From Eledone cirrhosa (Eukaryota), in NCBI GenBank assembly GCA_964016885.1, contig OZ024740.1, positions 167,090,001 to 167,154,000 of the forward strand: a stretch of DNA of 64,000 nt. Direction: 5' to 3'. The translations under genes were made by a program, and so were the position numbers. Of the stretch, positions 18,223 through 39,160 are shown piece after piece. Below the pieces are notes generated by a model. That model did not search any database. It saw nothing but the letters and a program-made list of their open reading frames with translations, and was not told the origin of the DNA. Within the stretch, counting starts at the first letter, position 1. Every line of letters begins with the position of its first letter.

Positions 18223-19357
18223 AGAACCCAACATGTTGTAGTTGAGGGAGTCAAATCAAGCCCAGCCAAAGTCAGTAGTGGGGTCCCACAAGGCACTGTG
18301 TTGGGCCCACTTCTCTTCATCATCTATATTAATGACATCACTGACATCATCAAACACAGCAAGATTAAAATTTTCGGTGATGATTCCAAGCTCCAAAAGG
18401 TCATCAATGGCGTGGATGACCGGATAAGCCTTCAGTCAGACCTACTGGCTGTTACCCAATGGGCAGAAAAGAACAACATGTTACTGAACGAAGACAAATT
18501 CGAACTGATCCACTTTGGAAAAGAGGATGCTCTGAAACTCCCGTACTCCCTTCCCTCCAGGGAAACTCTCGTGGCATCTAACAACATCAGAGACTTGGGA
18601 GTAACCGTGGACAGCAACATAAGCTGGACTACGCATATAAGCAGCAAAGTTGACATGGCCCGCAGAATGTGTTCCTGGATCCTCAGAACCTTCCAGTCGA
18701 GAGATTCCCGCACCATTATCCTTCTCTTCTCTACTTTTGCCCGACCACACCTTGAATACTGTTGTCCACTGTGGTCTCCCCACACTAAACAAAGTATCAT
18801 GAAACTTGAAGCTCCTCAAAGGGCAATCACGAAAAAGATAGATGGCATGTCAGACCTTGACTACTGGGGTCGATTAGAAAACCTGAAACTTTACTCACTC
18901 CAACGTCGCCGTGAGCGTTATATTATCTGCATGATGTGGAAAATGTTCCATCATCACTGCCCAAATGATGTTGGCATCGCCTTCAAGATACACCCAAGGC
19001 TTGGGCCCCGTGCTATCCGTCCCATTCAAAAATCTAAATCGCAACTCATAACAACAATACGGCACAATTATTTCACCTCAATCGGCCCTGCTCTCTTCAA
19101 CATCACACCAGGACACGTCAAAACAGAAACTGACCACACAAAATTCAAGAAGTCTTTGGACAAATTCCTCCAAGTAATCCCGGACAAACCACCCACACCC
19201 GGATATGTCTCCGCTATCAGTAATTCTCTTCTCGAATGGGCCATGGTGCCCAAATCCTGAATTGAAAGACTTCGCCAGGTGGTGCTATTAAGTTAGACAT
19301 GGCCTGGGCCAATACTGGCCAAAACATTTCAAAGTTATTCAAAGTTATTCAAAGTTA
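18223..19357 (+). mobile_element. CR1-clade LINE 3' fragment, family B (5'-truncated RT, open frame to 19260)
   Basis: [20 protein letters not shown]...IFGDD...RDLGV...HLEYC...YSLQRRRER; tail (TTCAAAGTTA)x3. Confidence 0.9.
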
Positions 19358-19385
19358 TATATGTATATATATATACATATATGTA

Positions 19386-19439
<54 letters not shown>

Positions 19440-19602
19440 CATATATGTATATATATATATGTATATATATATATGTATATATATATATATGTATATATAT
19501 ATATGTATATATGTATATGTATATATATATATGTATATACATATATGTATATATATATATGTATATATATATACATATATATATATACATATATATATAT
19601 AC

Positions 19603-19787
<185 letters not shown>

Positions 19788-19831
19788 CATATATACATAT
19801 ATATATATACATATATATATATATACATATA

Positions 19832-21040
19832 TAACTTTGAAATGTTTTGGCCAGTATTGGCCCAGGCCATGTCTAACTTAATAGCACCACCTGGCGAAGT
19901 CTTTCAATTCAGGATTTGGGCACCATGGCCCATTCGAGAAGAGAATTACTGTTTGCGGAGACATATCCGGGTGTGGGTGGTTTGTCCGGGATTACTTGGA
20001 GGAATTTGTCCAAAGACTTCTTGAATTTTGTGTGGTCAGTTTCTGTTTTGACGTGTCCTGGTGTGATGTTGAAGAGAGCAGGGCCGACTGAGGTGAAATA
20101 ATTGTGCCGTATTGTTGTTATGAGTTGCGATTTAGATTTTTGAATGGGACGGATAGCACGGGGCCCAAGCCTTGGGTGTATCTTGAAGGCGATGCCAACA
20201 TCATTTGGGCAGTGATGATGGAACATTTTCCACATCATGCAGATAATATAACGCTCACGGCGACGTTGGAGTGAGTAAAGTTTCAGGTTTTCCAATCGAC
20301 CCCAGTAGTCAAGGTCTGACATGCCATCTATCTTTTTCGTGATTGCCCTTTGAGGAGCTTCAAGTTTCATGATACTTTGTTTCGTGTGGGGAGACCACAG
20401 TGGACAACAGTATTCAAGGTGTGGTCGGGCGAAAGTAGAGAAGAGAAGGATAATGGTGCGGGAATCTCTCGACTGGAAGGTTCTGAGGATCCAGGAACAC
20501 ATTCTGCGGGCCATGTCAACTTTGCTGCTTATATGCGTGGTCCAGCTTATGTTGCTGTCCACGGTTACTCCCAAGTCTCTGATGTTGTTAGATGCCACGA
20601 GAGTTTCCCCGGAGGGAAGGGAGTACGGGAGTTTCAGAGCATCCTCTTTTCCAAAGTGGATCAGTTCGAATTTGTCTTCGTTCAGTAGCATGTTGTTCTT
20701 TTCTGCCCATTGGGTAACAGCCAGTAGGTCTGACTGAAGGCTTATCCGGTCATCCACGCCATTGATGACCTTTTGGAGCTTGGAATCATCAGCGAAAATT
20801 TTAATGTTGCTGTGTTTGATGATGTCAGTGATGTCATTAATATAGATGATGAAGAGAAGTGGGCCCAACACAGTGCCTTGTGGGACTCCACTACTGACTT
20901 TGGCTGGGCTTGACTTGACTCCCTCAACTACAACATGTTGGGTTCTGTTTGACAGGAAGCTCTTGATCCACTGCAGCAGCTTTCCAGTGACACCAATATT
21001 GGACAGCTTTCTCAGTAGAATGTTATGATCAACCCTATGA
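19832..21040 (-). mobile_element. CR1-clade LINE 3' fragment, family B, inverted partner
   Basis: [11 protein letters not shown]...[11 protein letters not shown]...IFADD; near-identical to 18223-19357 but about 95 bp longer at the 5' end and with one tail unit. Confidence 0.9.
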
Positions 21041-21110
21041 ATATATATACATATATATATACATATATATATATACATATATATATACATATATATATAC
21101 ATATATTTAC

Positions 21111-21147
<37 letters not shown>

Positions 21148-21218
21148 AATATATATACATATATATATATATACATATATATATATACATATATATATAT
21201 ATACATATATATATATAC

Positions 21219-21249
<31 letters not shown>

Positions 21250-21382
21250 CATATATATATATACATATATATATATATACATATATATATATACATATAT
21301 ATATATATACATATATATATATACATATATATATATACATATATATATATATACATATATATATATACATATATATATATAC

Positions 21383-21413
<31 letters not shown>

Positions 21414-21414
21414 C

Positions 21415-21477
<63 letters not shown>

Positions 21478-21481
21478 TATA

Positions 21482-21661
21482 TTAGAAAGTGAGGTTTTTT
21501 TCACAAAATGAAAAATAACCGAGGTGTCCTACACGAGTGGAAGTATAAAGAAAAAGAGATGAAATCGAAAATGCAACTTAAGTCTTATTTTTTTTTTAAA
21601 TATATATATTTATTTGGTTCCTTTACCGGTTTCGCAGTTCTTCTGCTTTTCAAAAGGTGAG
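21482..21661 (-). mobile_element. Solo Neptune-type pLTR end with U3-A8 hammerhead (21620-21657)
   Basis: Reverse complement of ~32797-32975. Confidence 0.8.
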
Positions 21662-21805
21662 TATGTATATATATATGTATATATATGTATATATATATGT
21701 ATATATATATATTTATATATATGTATATATATTTATATATATATTTATATATATGTATATATATATATTTATATATATGTATATATAAATATATATATAT
21801 TTATA

Positions 21806-21836
<31 letters not shown>

Positions 21837-21931
21837 ATATGTATATATATATATATATGTATATATATATGTATATATATATATATATGTATATATATAT
21901 GTGTATATATATATATGTATATATATATGTG

Positions 21932-21966
<35 letters not shown>

Positions 21967-21973
21967 GTATATG

Positions 21974-22004
<31 letters not shown>

Positions 22005-22049
22005 GTATATATATATGTGTATATATATATGTATATATATATGTATATG

Positions 22050-22157
<108 letters not shown>

Positions 22158-22161
22158 TTTG

Positions 22162-22203
<42 letters not shown>

Positions 22204-22207
22204 TTTG

Positions 22208-22241
<34 letters not shown>

Positions 22242-22263
22242 TATATTTGTATATATATATTTG

Positions 22264-22327
<64 letters not shown>

Positions 22328-22366
22328 TATTTGTATATATATATATATGTATATATATATATGTAT

Positions 22367-23760
22367 GAAAGACTTAAAATAAGAAAACTTTAAAATTAAC
22401 TTACTAAAATTTTCACTCCAACTAATTAGTTTCTGTAAGGGAATAAATATAGTTACGTAACGCAACCATAGAGAAATCCTTACGTCATCAGGGAGTCTAT
22501 TCTCAGCTAAGTCCCCAGGCAATGCGCGGACACTAGGAACCCATATGAAAATAATAATTCAGTGGATGGAAAAAAGCGAGCGGGGACTAGATTCACTGCC
22601 TACTTGCTCACTGCCTACTTGGTCAGTGGCAAATTCTAAAGAATCAATCAAGTGACACTGAGGTTAATCAGTGAGGAGTGGAGTGGTAACAAGACAAGAG
22701 CCTAACAACTACCATGAACCATAGCAGTAAATGTTGGCAAGTTTTGCTCAACAAATAATTTGGAGATAAATATAGAGAATTAGTATATCTACCAACATAT
22801 GTATACAGATGTATACCTATGCTAGCAAATATATATGTTATGTCTTAGTACCTTTGTGGTTCTATGCAAGGGGATGCAGAACAATTATATGAAAGACGTA
22901 AAATAAGAAAACTTTAAAATTAACTTACTAAAATTTTCACTCCAACTAATTAGTTTCTGTAAGGGAATAAATATAGTTACGCAACGCAAACATAGAAAAA
23001 TCCTTACGTCATCAGGGAGTCTATTCTCAGCTAAGTTTCCAAGCAATGCGCGGACACTAGGAACCCATATAAAAATAATAATAAGTAAGTTAATTTTAAA
23101 GTTTTCTTATTTTACGTCTTTCATATAATTGTTCTGCATCCCCTTGCATAGAATCACAATGGTACTAAGACATATATATTTGATAGCATAGGTATACATC
23201 TGTATACATATATTGGTAGATATACTAATTCTCTATATTTATCTCCAAAGTATTTGTTGAGCAAAACTTGCCGAAATTTACTGCTATGGTTCATGGTAGT
23301 AGTTAGGCTCTTGTCTTATTACCACTCCACTCCTCACTGATTAATCTCAGTGTCACGTGATTGATTCTTTAGAATTTGCCACTGACTAAGTAGGCAGTGA
23401 ATTTATTCAGTGCCCTGGAATCTAATCCCCGCTCGCTTTTTTCCATCCACTGAATTATTATTTTCATATGGGTTCTAGTGTCCGCGCATTGCCTGGGAAC
23501 ATAGCTGAGAATAGACTCCCTGATGACATAACGATCTCTCTATATTTGAGTTTCGTAACTACATTTATTCCCTTACAGAAACTAATTAGTTGGAGTGAAA
23601 ATGTTAGTAAGTTAATTTTTAAGTTTTCTTATATTACGTCTTTCATATAATTGTTCTGCATCCCCTTTTATAGAACAACAAAGGTACTAAGACAACATAT
23701 ATATTTGCTAGCATAGGTATACATTTGTATACATATGTTGGTAGATATACTAATTCTCTC
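22367..23760. mobile_element. Mini-Penelope/retrozyme-like array, locus 2 (524-bp monomer)
   Basis: Monomer start at 22367 recurs at 22891; from ~23083 the sequence is inverted and spans more than one monomer; CTGATGA at 23520. Confidence 0.8.
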
Positions 23761-23888
23761 TCTATATATATGTATATATATGTGTATGTGTATATATATG
23801 TATGTGTATATATATGTATATATGTATATGTATATATACATATACATATATATGTATATATAAGTATATGTATATGTATATATATGTA

Positions 23889-23991
<103 letters not shown>

Positions 23992-24037
23992 ATATGTATG
24001 TATATATATATATATGTATATATGTATGTATATATAT

Positions 24038-24644
24038 GTCAGGTCATCAGTTGGTGCTACTGGTAACATGTATCCCAGTACAACCTGTCTCATGGTCGGG
24101 TCGTTGGCGACTAAACTGGCAACCCCCGCAAGGTTTCTTGGTGAGGAGAGTGACTTTGGACATCCTGCAGGACTAAAAACAAGACCTGTCAAAGGGCAAA
24201 GGAGCTCTTAAGAGTCAATGGCCATCCAAAATCACAGGGAGTGATGACCCCTTAGCCTTTGTCAAGGCAGAATTCTAGGAGAAGGAAAACTCTGATATAA
24301 CACCTGCAACCCTGATGGTATCCAATGATGTTAACTTGTTCTTCTTTTTGGTAAATATCATCTTGGTTAAGAGAATGGGACTGGCTTTGTGCAGTGCCTT
24401 TGCTCACTATAAAAGCTTCACGGCACAGGCATTGCTTTATATCTGGAGATCTCTCTGCGCTTGTCATCACATGTACCATGGGCCCAGCACTATATGTCAA
24501 TAATGGTCACAAGTGGGGTATTTGTGCCAGAGTTTTCAAGTCGCTGGCTGGACTAAAAACTGACACTCGTTCAGCGCATCGGTAGAGGTTCTCCTACATG
24601 GATATAAAGTAGTGGCCGTACTCGAAAACGAGTTGGCAGCCACC
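24038..24644 (+). mobile_element. Bipartite RTE-derived element, copy 3
   Basis: Same termini as the other copies; slightly more diverged. Confidence 0.8.
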
Positions 24645-30385
<5,741 letters not shown>

Positions 30386-30453
30386 TATATATATATATAT
30401 ACATATGTATATATATATATATACATATATATACATAAGTATATATATATATG

Positions 30454-30485
<32 letters not shown>

Positions 30486-30796
30486 CATATGTATATATAT
30501 ATATATGTAAAGAGAAAAAGGGATGAAATCGAAAATGCAACTGAAGTCTTATTTTTTTTAAAAATATATATATTTATTTGGTTCCTTTACCGGATTCGCA
30601 GTTCTTCTGCTTTTCAAAAGGTGAGTTGAGATGGAGGGTCTGTGGTTTTTCTCACATCTGGTTGGTCTCTAAATGTTACTTGTTTTATATGGAAAAAGTG
30701 GCTCGAAAACCAGGTTTTTCGAGAAGTAATTTGATTGGTTTGTCAATAATTATAATAAATTTCGCGCCAGTTTGCGTTACAATAGTTCTTCAAATA

Positions 30797-31762
30797 ATGG
30801 AATACAGCCAAGATCAACTCCCATTTCTGGACATCTTAATCACAAAAAAAGACACAAATATCGAAACTGACATACACTACAAACCAACAGATTCCAAACA
30901 ATATCTGCTATTCACCTCCAACCATCCAAAGCACACGAAGACGAACATTCCTTTTAACCTAGCAAGAAGAATTTGCACAATTGTCTCCAATTATGAAACG
31001 CGAAAAGACTTCAATAAAAGACTTCAAGAATTAAAGGAAATTCTACTTGAGAGAGAGTACCCACTATTACTAATAAATAATGGAATAGAAAGGGCTAAAG
31101 CAATAGGCATTGATGAATTACGGAAACAGAAACAAATTCAAGGTACGTCCAATATTCTATCATATATCTCAACACACAACCCAAGAAATGCGGAAGCTTA
31201 CAACACTATTCACAATAACATCCCACTACTAAAACAAAACCCAAGAATGAAAAAAGCCCTTGAAACACACAAAATAATCAAAAGCAAAAGACAACCAAAA
31301 TCACTGAAAACATTACTCACCAATGCCAAATTACCTACCACAAACCCACAACCAAGTATCAAAAAATGTGGTCGCTCTAATTGTGGAACCTGCACTCACC
31401 TCATTGAAGGCAACACGTATACATTTAAATCAGGACGAAATTTTACTGTAAAAAATCACTTCACTTGCTCATCAAAAAATCTAATTTATGCCATTAAATG
31501 TAAAGGATGCAATGAAGATTATATAGGACAAACTAAACTCACACTCAGAAACAGAATGACAGTTCATCGCCAACAATTACGAGATCCAACCACGAGACAG
31601 ATACCACTAAGTGCACATCTAGACATTTGCGCAAGTAATAAGACACCCAAATTCCAAGTCTTCCCATTTTACCTTTGCGCTAACAATACAACAGAACAAA
31701 TGCGAATAAATAAGGAAAATATGTTTATTCAAAAATATAGACCAACATTAAATAAGGTTTAA
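30797..31762 (+). CDS. PLE polyprotein C-terminal part: RT thumb, Cys linker, GIY-YIG endonuclease
   Basis: LPFLDI...HYKPTD...SNHP...NIPFNLARRI; CGRSNCGTC; FTCSSKNLIYAIKCKGCNEDYIGQT...RMTVHR; uninterrupted frame; the upstream part of ORF 30578 is read-through of the inverted pLTR. Confidence 0.85.
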   Translation: MEYSQDQLPFLDILITKKDTNIETDIHYKPTDSKQYLLFTSNHPKHTKTNIPFNLARRICTIVSNYETRKDFNKRLQELKEILLEREYPLLLINNGIERAKAIGIDELRKQKQIQGTSNILSYISTHNPRNAEAYNTIHNNIPLLKQNPRMKKALETHKIIKSKRQPKSLKTLLTNAKLPTTNPQPSIKKCGRSNCGTCTHLIEGNTYTFKSGRNFTVKNHFTCSSKNLIYAIKCKGCNEDYIGQTKLTLRNRMTVHRQQLRDPTTRQIPLSAHLDICASNKTPKFQVFPFYLCANNTTEQMRINKENMFIQKYRPTLNKV

Positions 31763-32799
31763 TATACATTATGTCAACACCACAATATGACATACACACA
31801 CACACATAACACCTTCTACTTTAGAAAATAAAAACCCGAACTAAATAAACCTTAAACATACGTTTGCACTGGCAATACAACAGCAAACACGAAAAAGTCA
31901 GGAAAATATGTTCATTCAAAAATATTCCTACTAAAGGAATCATTTTCCTACACACACACATACACACACACACAATATATATATATATATATATATATTC
32001 TCTTCATCTTAACATGCTAACCATACTCCCACACACATAACACCCATACACACACATAACAACCCCCACACCTACAACACCCTCCCCATTTCTACTAATA
32101 GAACCACTTTCCTACACACATATATATATACACACACACAAAATATATATTCTCTCTATCTAACATACTCGCACACACACACATAACACCCATATACACA
32201 CACACACAACTCCCTCTCCCATCTCTACTAATAGAATCATCTTCCAATACACACATACACACACACACACATATACACACACACAAGCACACACATAAAC
32301 ACATATCTTCAGTCTCAATAGAAAATCTGAACTCTGACACCTGAACTCTGACAGCTGGCCATATTCACTGAACCAGAACATTTCTCCCAATCCCTTTTCC
32401 CTTGACCACTATCTCTCCATTGTCATAACATTCACTATAAAGACTATAAAATAGTTTTCCAAATAAGGGCGCAAAAATGTAATGAAAACTTGTTCACGTG
32501 ACAGCCAAATTTCATTTATAACCAGCCCCAAAAAAGCCTTCGTGAGCCTCATTTTTTCAAGTAAAAAGAAATTCAAACACTCATATATGAATAAACAACC
32601 TGTGACAACCCCCCCCCCCTCTCTTATTTGAAGAACTATTGTAACGCGAACTGGCGCGAAATTTATTATAATTATTGACAAACCAATCAAATTACTTCTC
32701 GAAAAACCTGGTTTTCGAGCCACTTTTTCCATATAAAACAAGTAACATTTAGAGACCAACCAGATGTGAGAAAAACCACAGACCCTCCATCTCAACTCA

Positions 32800-32837
32800 C
32801 CTTTTGAAAAGCAGAAGAACTGCGAAACCGGTAAAGG
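32800..32837 (+). ncRNA. Minimal type I hammerhead with U3-A8 core variant
   Basis: cctt-TTGAAAA-gcag aagaa ctgc-GAAA-ccgg-TA-aagg. Confidence 0.7.
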
Positions 32838-32985
32838 AACCAAATAAATATATATATTTTTTTTAAAAATAAGACTTCAGTTGCATTTTCGATTCCATCC
32901 CTTTTTCTTTATACTTCCACTCGTGTAGGACACCTCGGTTATTTTTCATTTTGTAAGAAAAACCTCACTTTCTAATATATATATG

Positions 32986-33019
<34 letters not shown>

Positions 33020-33025
33020 CATATG

Positions 33026-33088
<63 letters not shown>

Positions 33089-33089
33089 G

Positions 33090-33169
<80 letters not shown>

Positions 33170-33175
33170 TATGCA

Positions 33176-33217
<42 letters not shown>

Positions 33218-33345
33218 CATATGTATATATATATATACATATGTATATATATGTATATATATATATAGATACATATGTATATATATGTATATATGTATAT
33301 ATATATATGTATATATATACATATGTATATATATATATGTATATA

Positions 33346-33429
<84 letters not shown>

Positions 33430-33735
33430 TGTATACACCTACTACCGTAGGTGTATAATATTCTTAAGGTCCCATTTCGGCCACTCGCGACACCTTCAAA
33501 GCTATGTCACTAATTCAATTTTCAATAGAATTGGATGGGGCTTTTTGCACTTTATAGGACCACAGATAAGCTACTTTTTGACATAAAAATATTGAAATTT
33601 GGTTCAGTAGAAAAAAAGTTACATAAAAATAAGTGAGGACCAAAAGAGTGTAAGGAACTACATACATAAGTAACGCTTAGTTTGTTTCTAATTTATAATA
33701 CATTAAAATAGTGATAGATTGTGCCATAGCGAATT

Positions 33736-33965
33736 GGGGTCAGGTAGCTCAGTCGGTAGAGCAGCGGACCGGCAATCCGAAGGTCGTTGGTTCGAATCCC
33801 ACCGTGATTACTTTTCCTATCTGCACTTCTTCCTATTCATTATTATTTATTATTATTATTATTTAACTTATTTTGCCTTTCATCCTTACGGGGTCGATAA
33901 AATAAAGTACCAGTAATGCACTGGGTAATTGCTGGCCTTGTGCCTAACGTAGAAACAATTATTAT
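33736..33965 (+). mobile_element. tRNA-derived SINE (Meta-domain-like core)
   Basis: A box tagctcagtcgg and B box ggttcgaatccc, then gcctttcatccttacggggtcgataaaataaagtaccag and a ggccttgtgcc tail. Confidence 0.8.
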
Positions 33966-34041
33966 TTAACTTACTTGTTGATAAATATTTATATTAATAT
34001 TAATATAATATCCTTGCATTGCCTGAAAAAAAAGTGGATTA

Positions 34042-35247
34042 CAGGGAAAAATGCGGGCGCATGTAAAGAAATATTCTTAAATTAAAAAACCTAGAAAAGT
34101 AAAGGACAAGTTATTACACCTGGAAAAGTAAAGGACAAGAAAACTTCTTCTTAAAACTTCTTAGAATATTGCAGCTAAAGTCTAAATTTGAAAAAAAATA
34201 TTTAGATTATAAAACTAAAACTAAATAATTATAAGTTAATTGTTAAATAAAATATCACTTTAAAGGACAGGAAAAATGACTGTCTTATAGGGAGAGTTGA
34301 CTACTGTATACTTAATTTTTTTCTTGGTGTATACAAATTAATCTTTTTAAAATAAAATTTGTACAATAATTTGTACAATAATTAATTAATAATAATAACA
34401 ATTAATATGTACAATTTATTAATTTATGTTATAAGATATTTAAAAATGTTCACTCTTAATCAAATTATATTTTTTTAAATTTAGTTATAAAATAATGCAG
34501 TAAAATAAATCAAAAAAAGTGCATCATATAATTGCACTTTTTATGAGTATTACAGATTTTTTTTATAATATAGTAACATTCAACATCTCAAGGGGCAAAA
34601 TTAGGTAAAAGTCAATTCATCAATTATTCATTTATAGTGAATCAATCAATTATAGTGAATTAATCAATTCATTAGATGAACTGTCGAATTAGACAATGTT
34701 TAATTTTTAATTGTAGTCTAATTTTACTCTACCTAAAAATGTAGATTGGTTATTTTGATCTGTGACAGATCTTAAATTTCATTATTAAACAATTATAATT
34801 TGTTATTATTTATCATTACAGTTGGCTCCCTAATTAATTATTAATTAATTGTTAGTGTCATTTACACGCCAAAATTTTGTTTTATTTCATGTTTATAATT
34901 GTCACTCATTTTTTCAGTCCCATTTAGTAAAGTAAAATAAAGTATATTTATTTAATGACCCAACCACTATGGTGTAAATTAGGATCACAAAATTAAATAA
35001 ATGATCATAAATTAGTATTATTATCAATTAGAGAGTCAACTGTATTATTAGAATTTATCACTTTCTATGTATATGTAAATCAAATATTTTTTATTATTCA
35101 AATTTATACTATAGCTGCAATATTTTAAGAAGTTTTAAGAAGAAGTTTTCTTGTCCTTTACTTTTGCAGGTGTAATAACTTGTCCTTTATTTTTCTAGGT
35201 TTATTAATTTAAGAATATTTCTTTACATGCGCCCGCATTTTTCCCTG
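34042..35247. mobile_element. Non-autonomous TIR DNA transposon (MITE-like), ~135-bp TIRs, TA flanks
   Basis: cagggaaaaatgcgggcgcatgtaaag... versus ...ctttacatgcgcccgcatttttccctg; very AT-rich non-coding interior. Confidence 0.8.
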
Positions 35248-35322
35248 TAATATATATATATGTATATATATATATACATATGTATATATATATATATGTA
35301 TATGTATATATATATGTATATG

Positions 35323-35358
<36 letters not shown>

Positions 35359-35362
35359 TATG

Positions 35363-35393
<31 letters not shown>

Positions 35394-35450
35394 GTATATA
35401 TATATATACATATGTATATATGTATATATATATATACATATGTATATATG

Positions 35451-35486
<36 letters not shown>

Positions 35487-35568
35487 TGTGTATATATATG
35501 TATATATATATATGTATATGTATATATATGTATATGTATATATATGTATATGTATATATATGTATAAG

Positions 35569-36356
<788 letters not shown>

Positions 36357-36879
36357 GGTCGGGTCGTTGGCGACTAAACTGGCAACCCCACCATCCTGCA
36401 GGACTAAAAACAAAACCTGTCAAAGGGCAAAGGAGCTTTTAAGAGTCAATGGCCATCCAAGATCACCGGGAGAGATGACCCCTTAGACTTTGTCAAGGCA
36501 GAATTCTAGGAGAAGGAAAACTCTGTTATAACACCTGCAACCCTGATGGTATCCAATTATGTTGACTTGTTCTTCTTTTTGGTAAATATCATCTTGGTTA
36601 AGAGAGTAGCACTGGCTTTGTGCAGTGCGTTTGCTCATTATAAAAGCTTCACGGCACAGGCATTGCTTTGTATATGGAGATCTCTCTGCACTTGTCCTCA
36701 CATGGTACTGTGGGCCCAGCACTCTGTGTCAATAATTGTCACAAGTGTAATGTTTGTACCAGAGTTTTCAAGTCGCTGGCTGGACTAAAAAGTCACACTC
36801 GTTCAGCGCATCGGTAGGGGTTCTCCTACATGGATATAACGTAGTGGCCGTACTCGAAAACGAGTTGGCAGCCACCACC
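36357..36879 (+). mobile_element. Bipartite RTE-derived element, copy 5 (5'-truncated, short internal deletion)
   Basis: Separated from copy 4 by ~40 bp of (TA)n; the aggtttctt...ttgga segment is missing. Confidence 0.8.
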
Positions 36880-36904
36880 ATATATATGTATATATATATA
36901 TGTA

Positions 36905-37002
<98 letters not shown>

Positions 37003-37036
37003 ATATATATATGTATATATATATATATATTATATA

Positions 37037-37091
<55 letters not shown>

Positions 37092-37192
37092 GTATGTATA
37101 TATATATATTTATATATATATGTATATATATATATATATGTATGTATATATATATCTATATATATGTATATATATATATATGTATATATATG

Positions 37193-37226
<34 letters not shown>

Positions 37227-37244
37227 TGTATATATATATATATG

Positions 37245-37275
<31 letters not shown>

Positions 37276-37332
37276 GTATATATATGTATATATATATATA
37301 TGTATATATATATATGTATATATATATATATT

Positions 37333-37382
<50 letters not shown>

Positions 37383-37384
37383 TG

Positions 37385-37478
<94 letters not shown>

Positions 37479-37522
37479 TATATATATATATGTGTATATA
37501 TATATATATATATGTTTATATA

Positions 37523-38245
<723 letters not shown>

Positions 38246-38246
38246 G

Positions 38247-38316
<70 letters not shown>

Positions 38317-38751
38317 ATATCGATATATAAATACGGCTCCTTAATTGTAGAGCTAACTCTGTTGAAAGGACTCGACTGCTGTTTCTAGTTGTCAATAACC
38401 CTGTTCACGCCACTGGGACGAAGCTAGTATGATGTGTGTATTTCTAGCAGATACAACACGCGGTGCTGGCCAGTCGCCGATTTGAAATTGAAGTGTAAAC
38501 ACGGATCGCTGAAATTTCTTCCTTGTTGAACATCCAAGTCTCCACTTCCGTGGTTTATCATCCGATTAATTGGTGAAATATATTTCTTTAATGGAATATA
38601 TACAGGGAAGATTAATCATATTATAATGTATCTATTTTTGAAGTTCTCGTCAAGTTTATTTAGTTACCTACCTAGCTATGTGTGGTTACACACTTGTAGA
38701 AATTATCTCCTGTGATTATTCATGTTAATTTATATGTTAATCAATTTCTAG

Positions 38752-38794
<43 letters not shown>

Positions 38795-38797
38795 TGT

Positions 38798-38830
<33 letters not shown>

Positions 38831-38860
38831 TATCTATATGTATATGTATATATATATATG

Positions 38861-38961
<101 letters not shown>

Positions 38962-39110
38962 GTATGTATATATATATATATATATGTATATATATGTATA
39001 TATGTATATATATGATAGAAATATAAGTATATGAATAAATATTTATATATATATGTATATATATATATATATGTATATGTATATATGTATATGTATGACA
39101 TACTTACACG

Positions 39111-39160
<50 letters not shown>

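Larger units (their letters stand above)
30508..32975 (+). mobile_element. Neptune-type Penelope-like element, 5'-truncated, with inverted 5' pLTR
   Basis: 30508-30797 is the reverse complement of ~32625-32910; internal RT-thumb plus GIY-YIG ORF; (TA)n flanks. Confidence 0.9.

Noticed and set aside
33736-33810. tRNA gene (Ala-GGC-like loop)
   Set aside because: Acceptor stem does not pair well and it runs directly into a SINE core and tail; it is a SINE head
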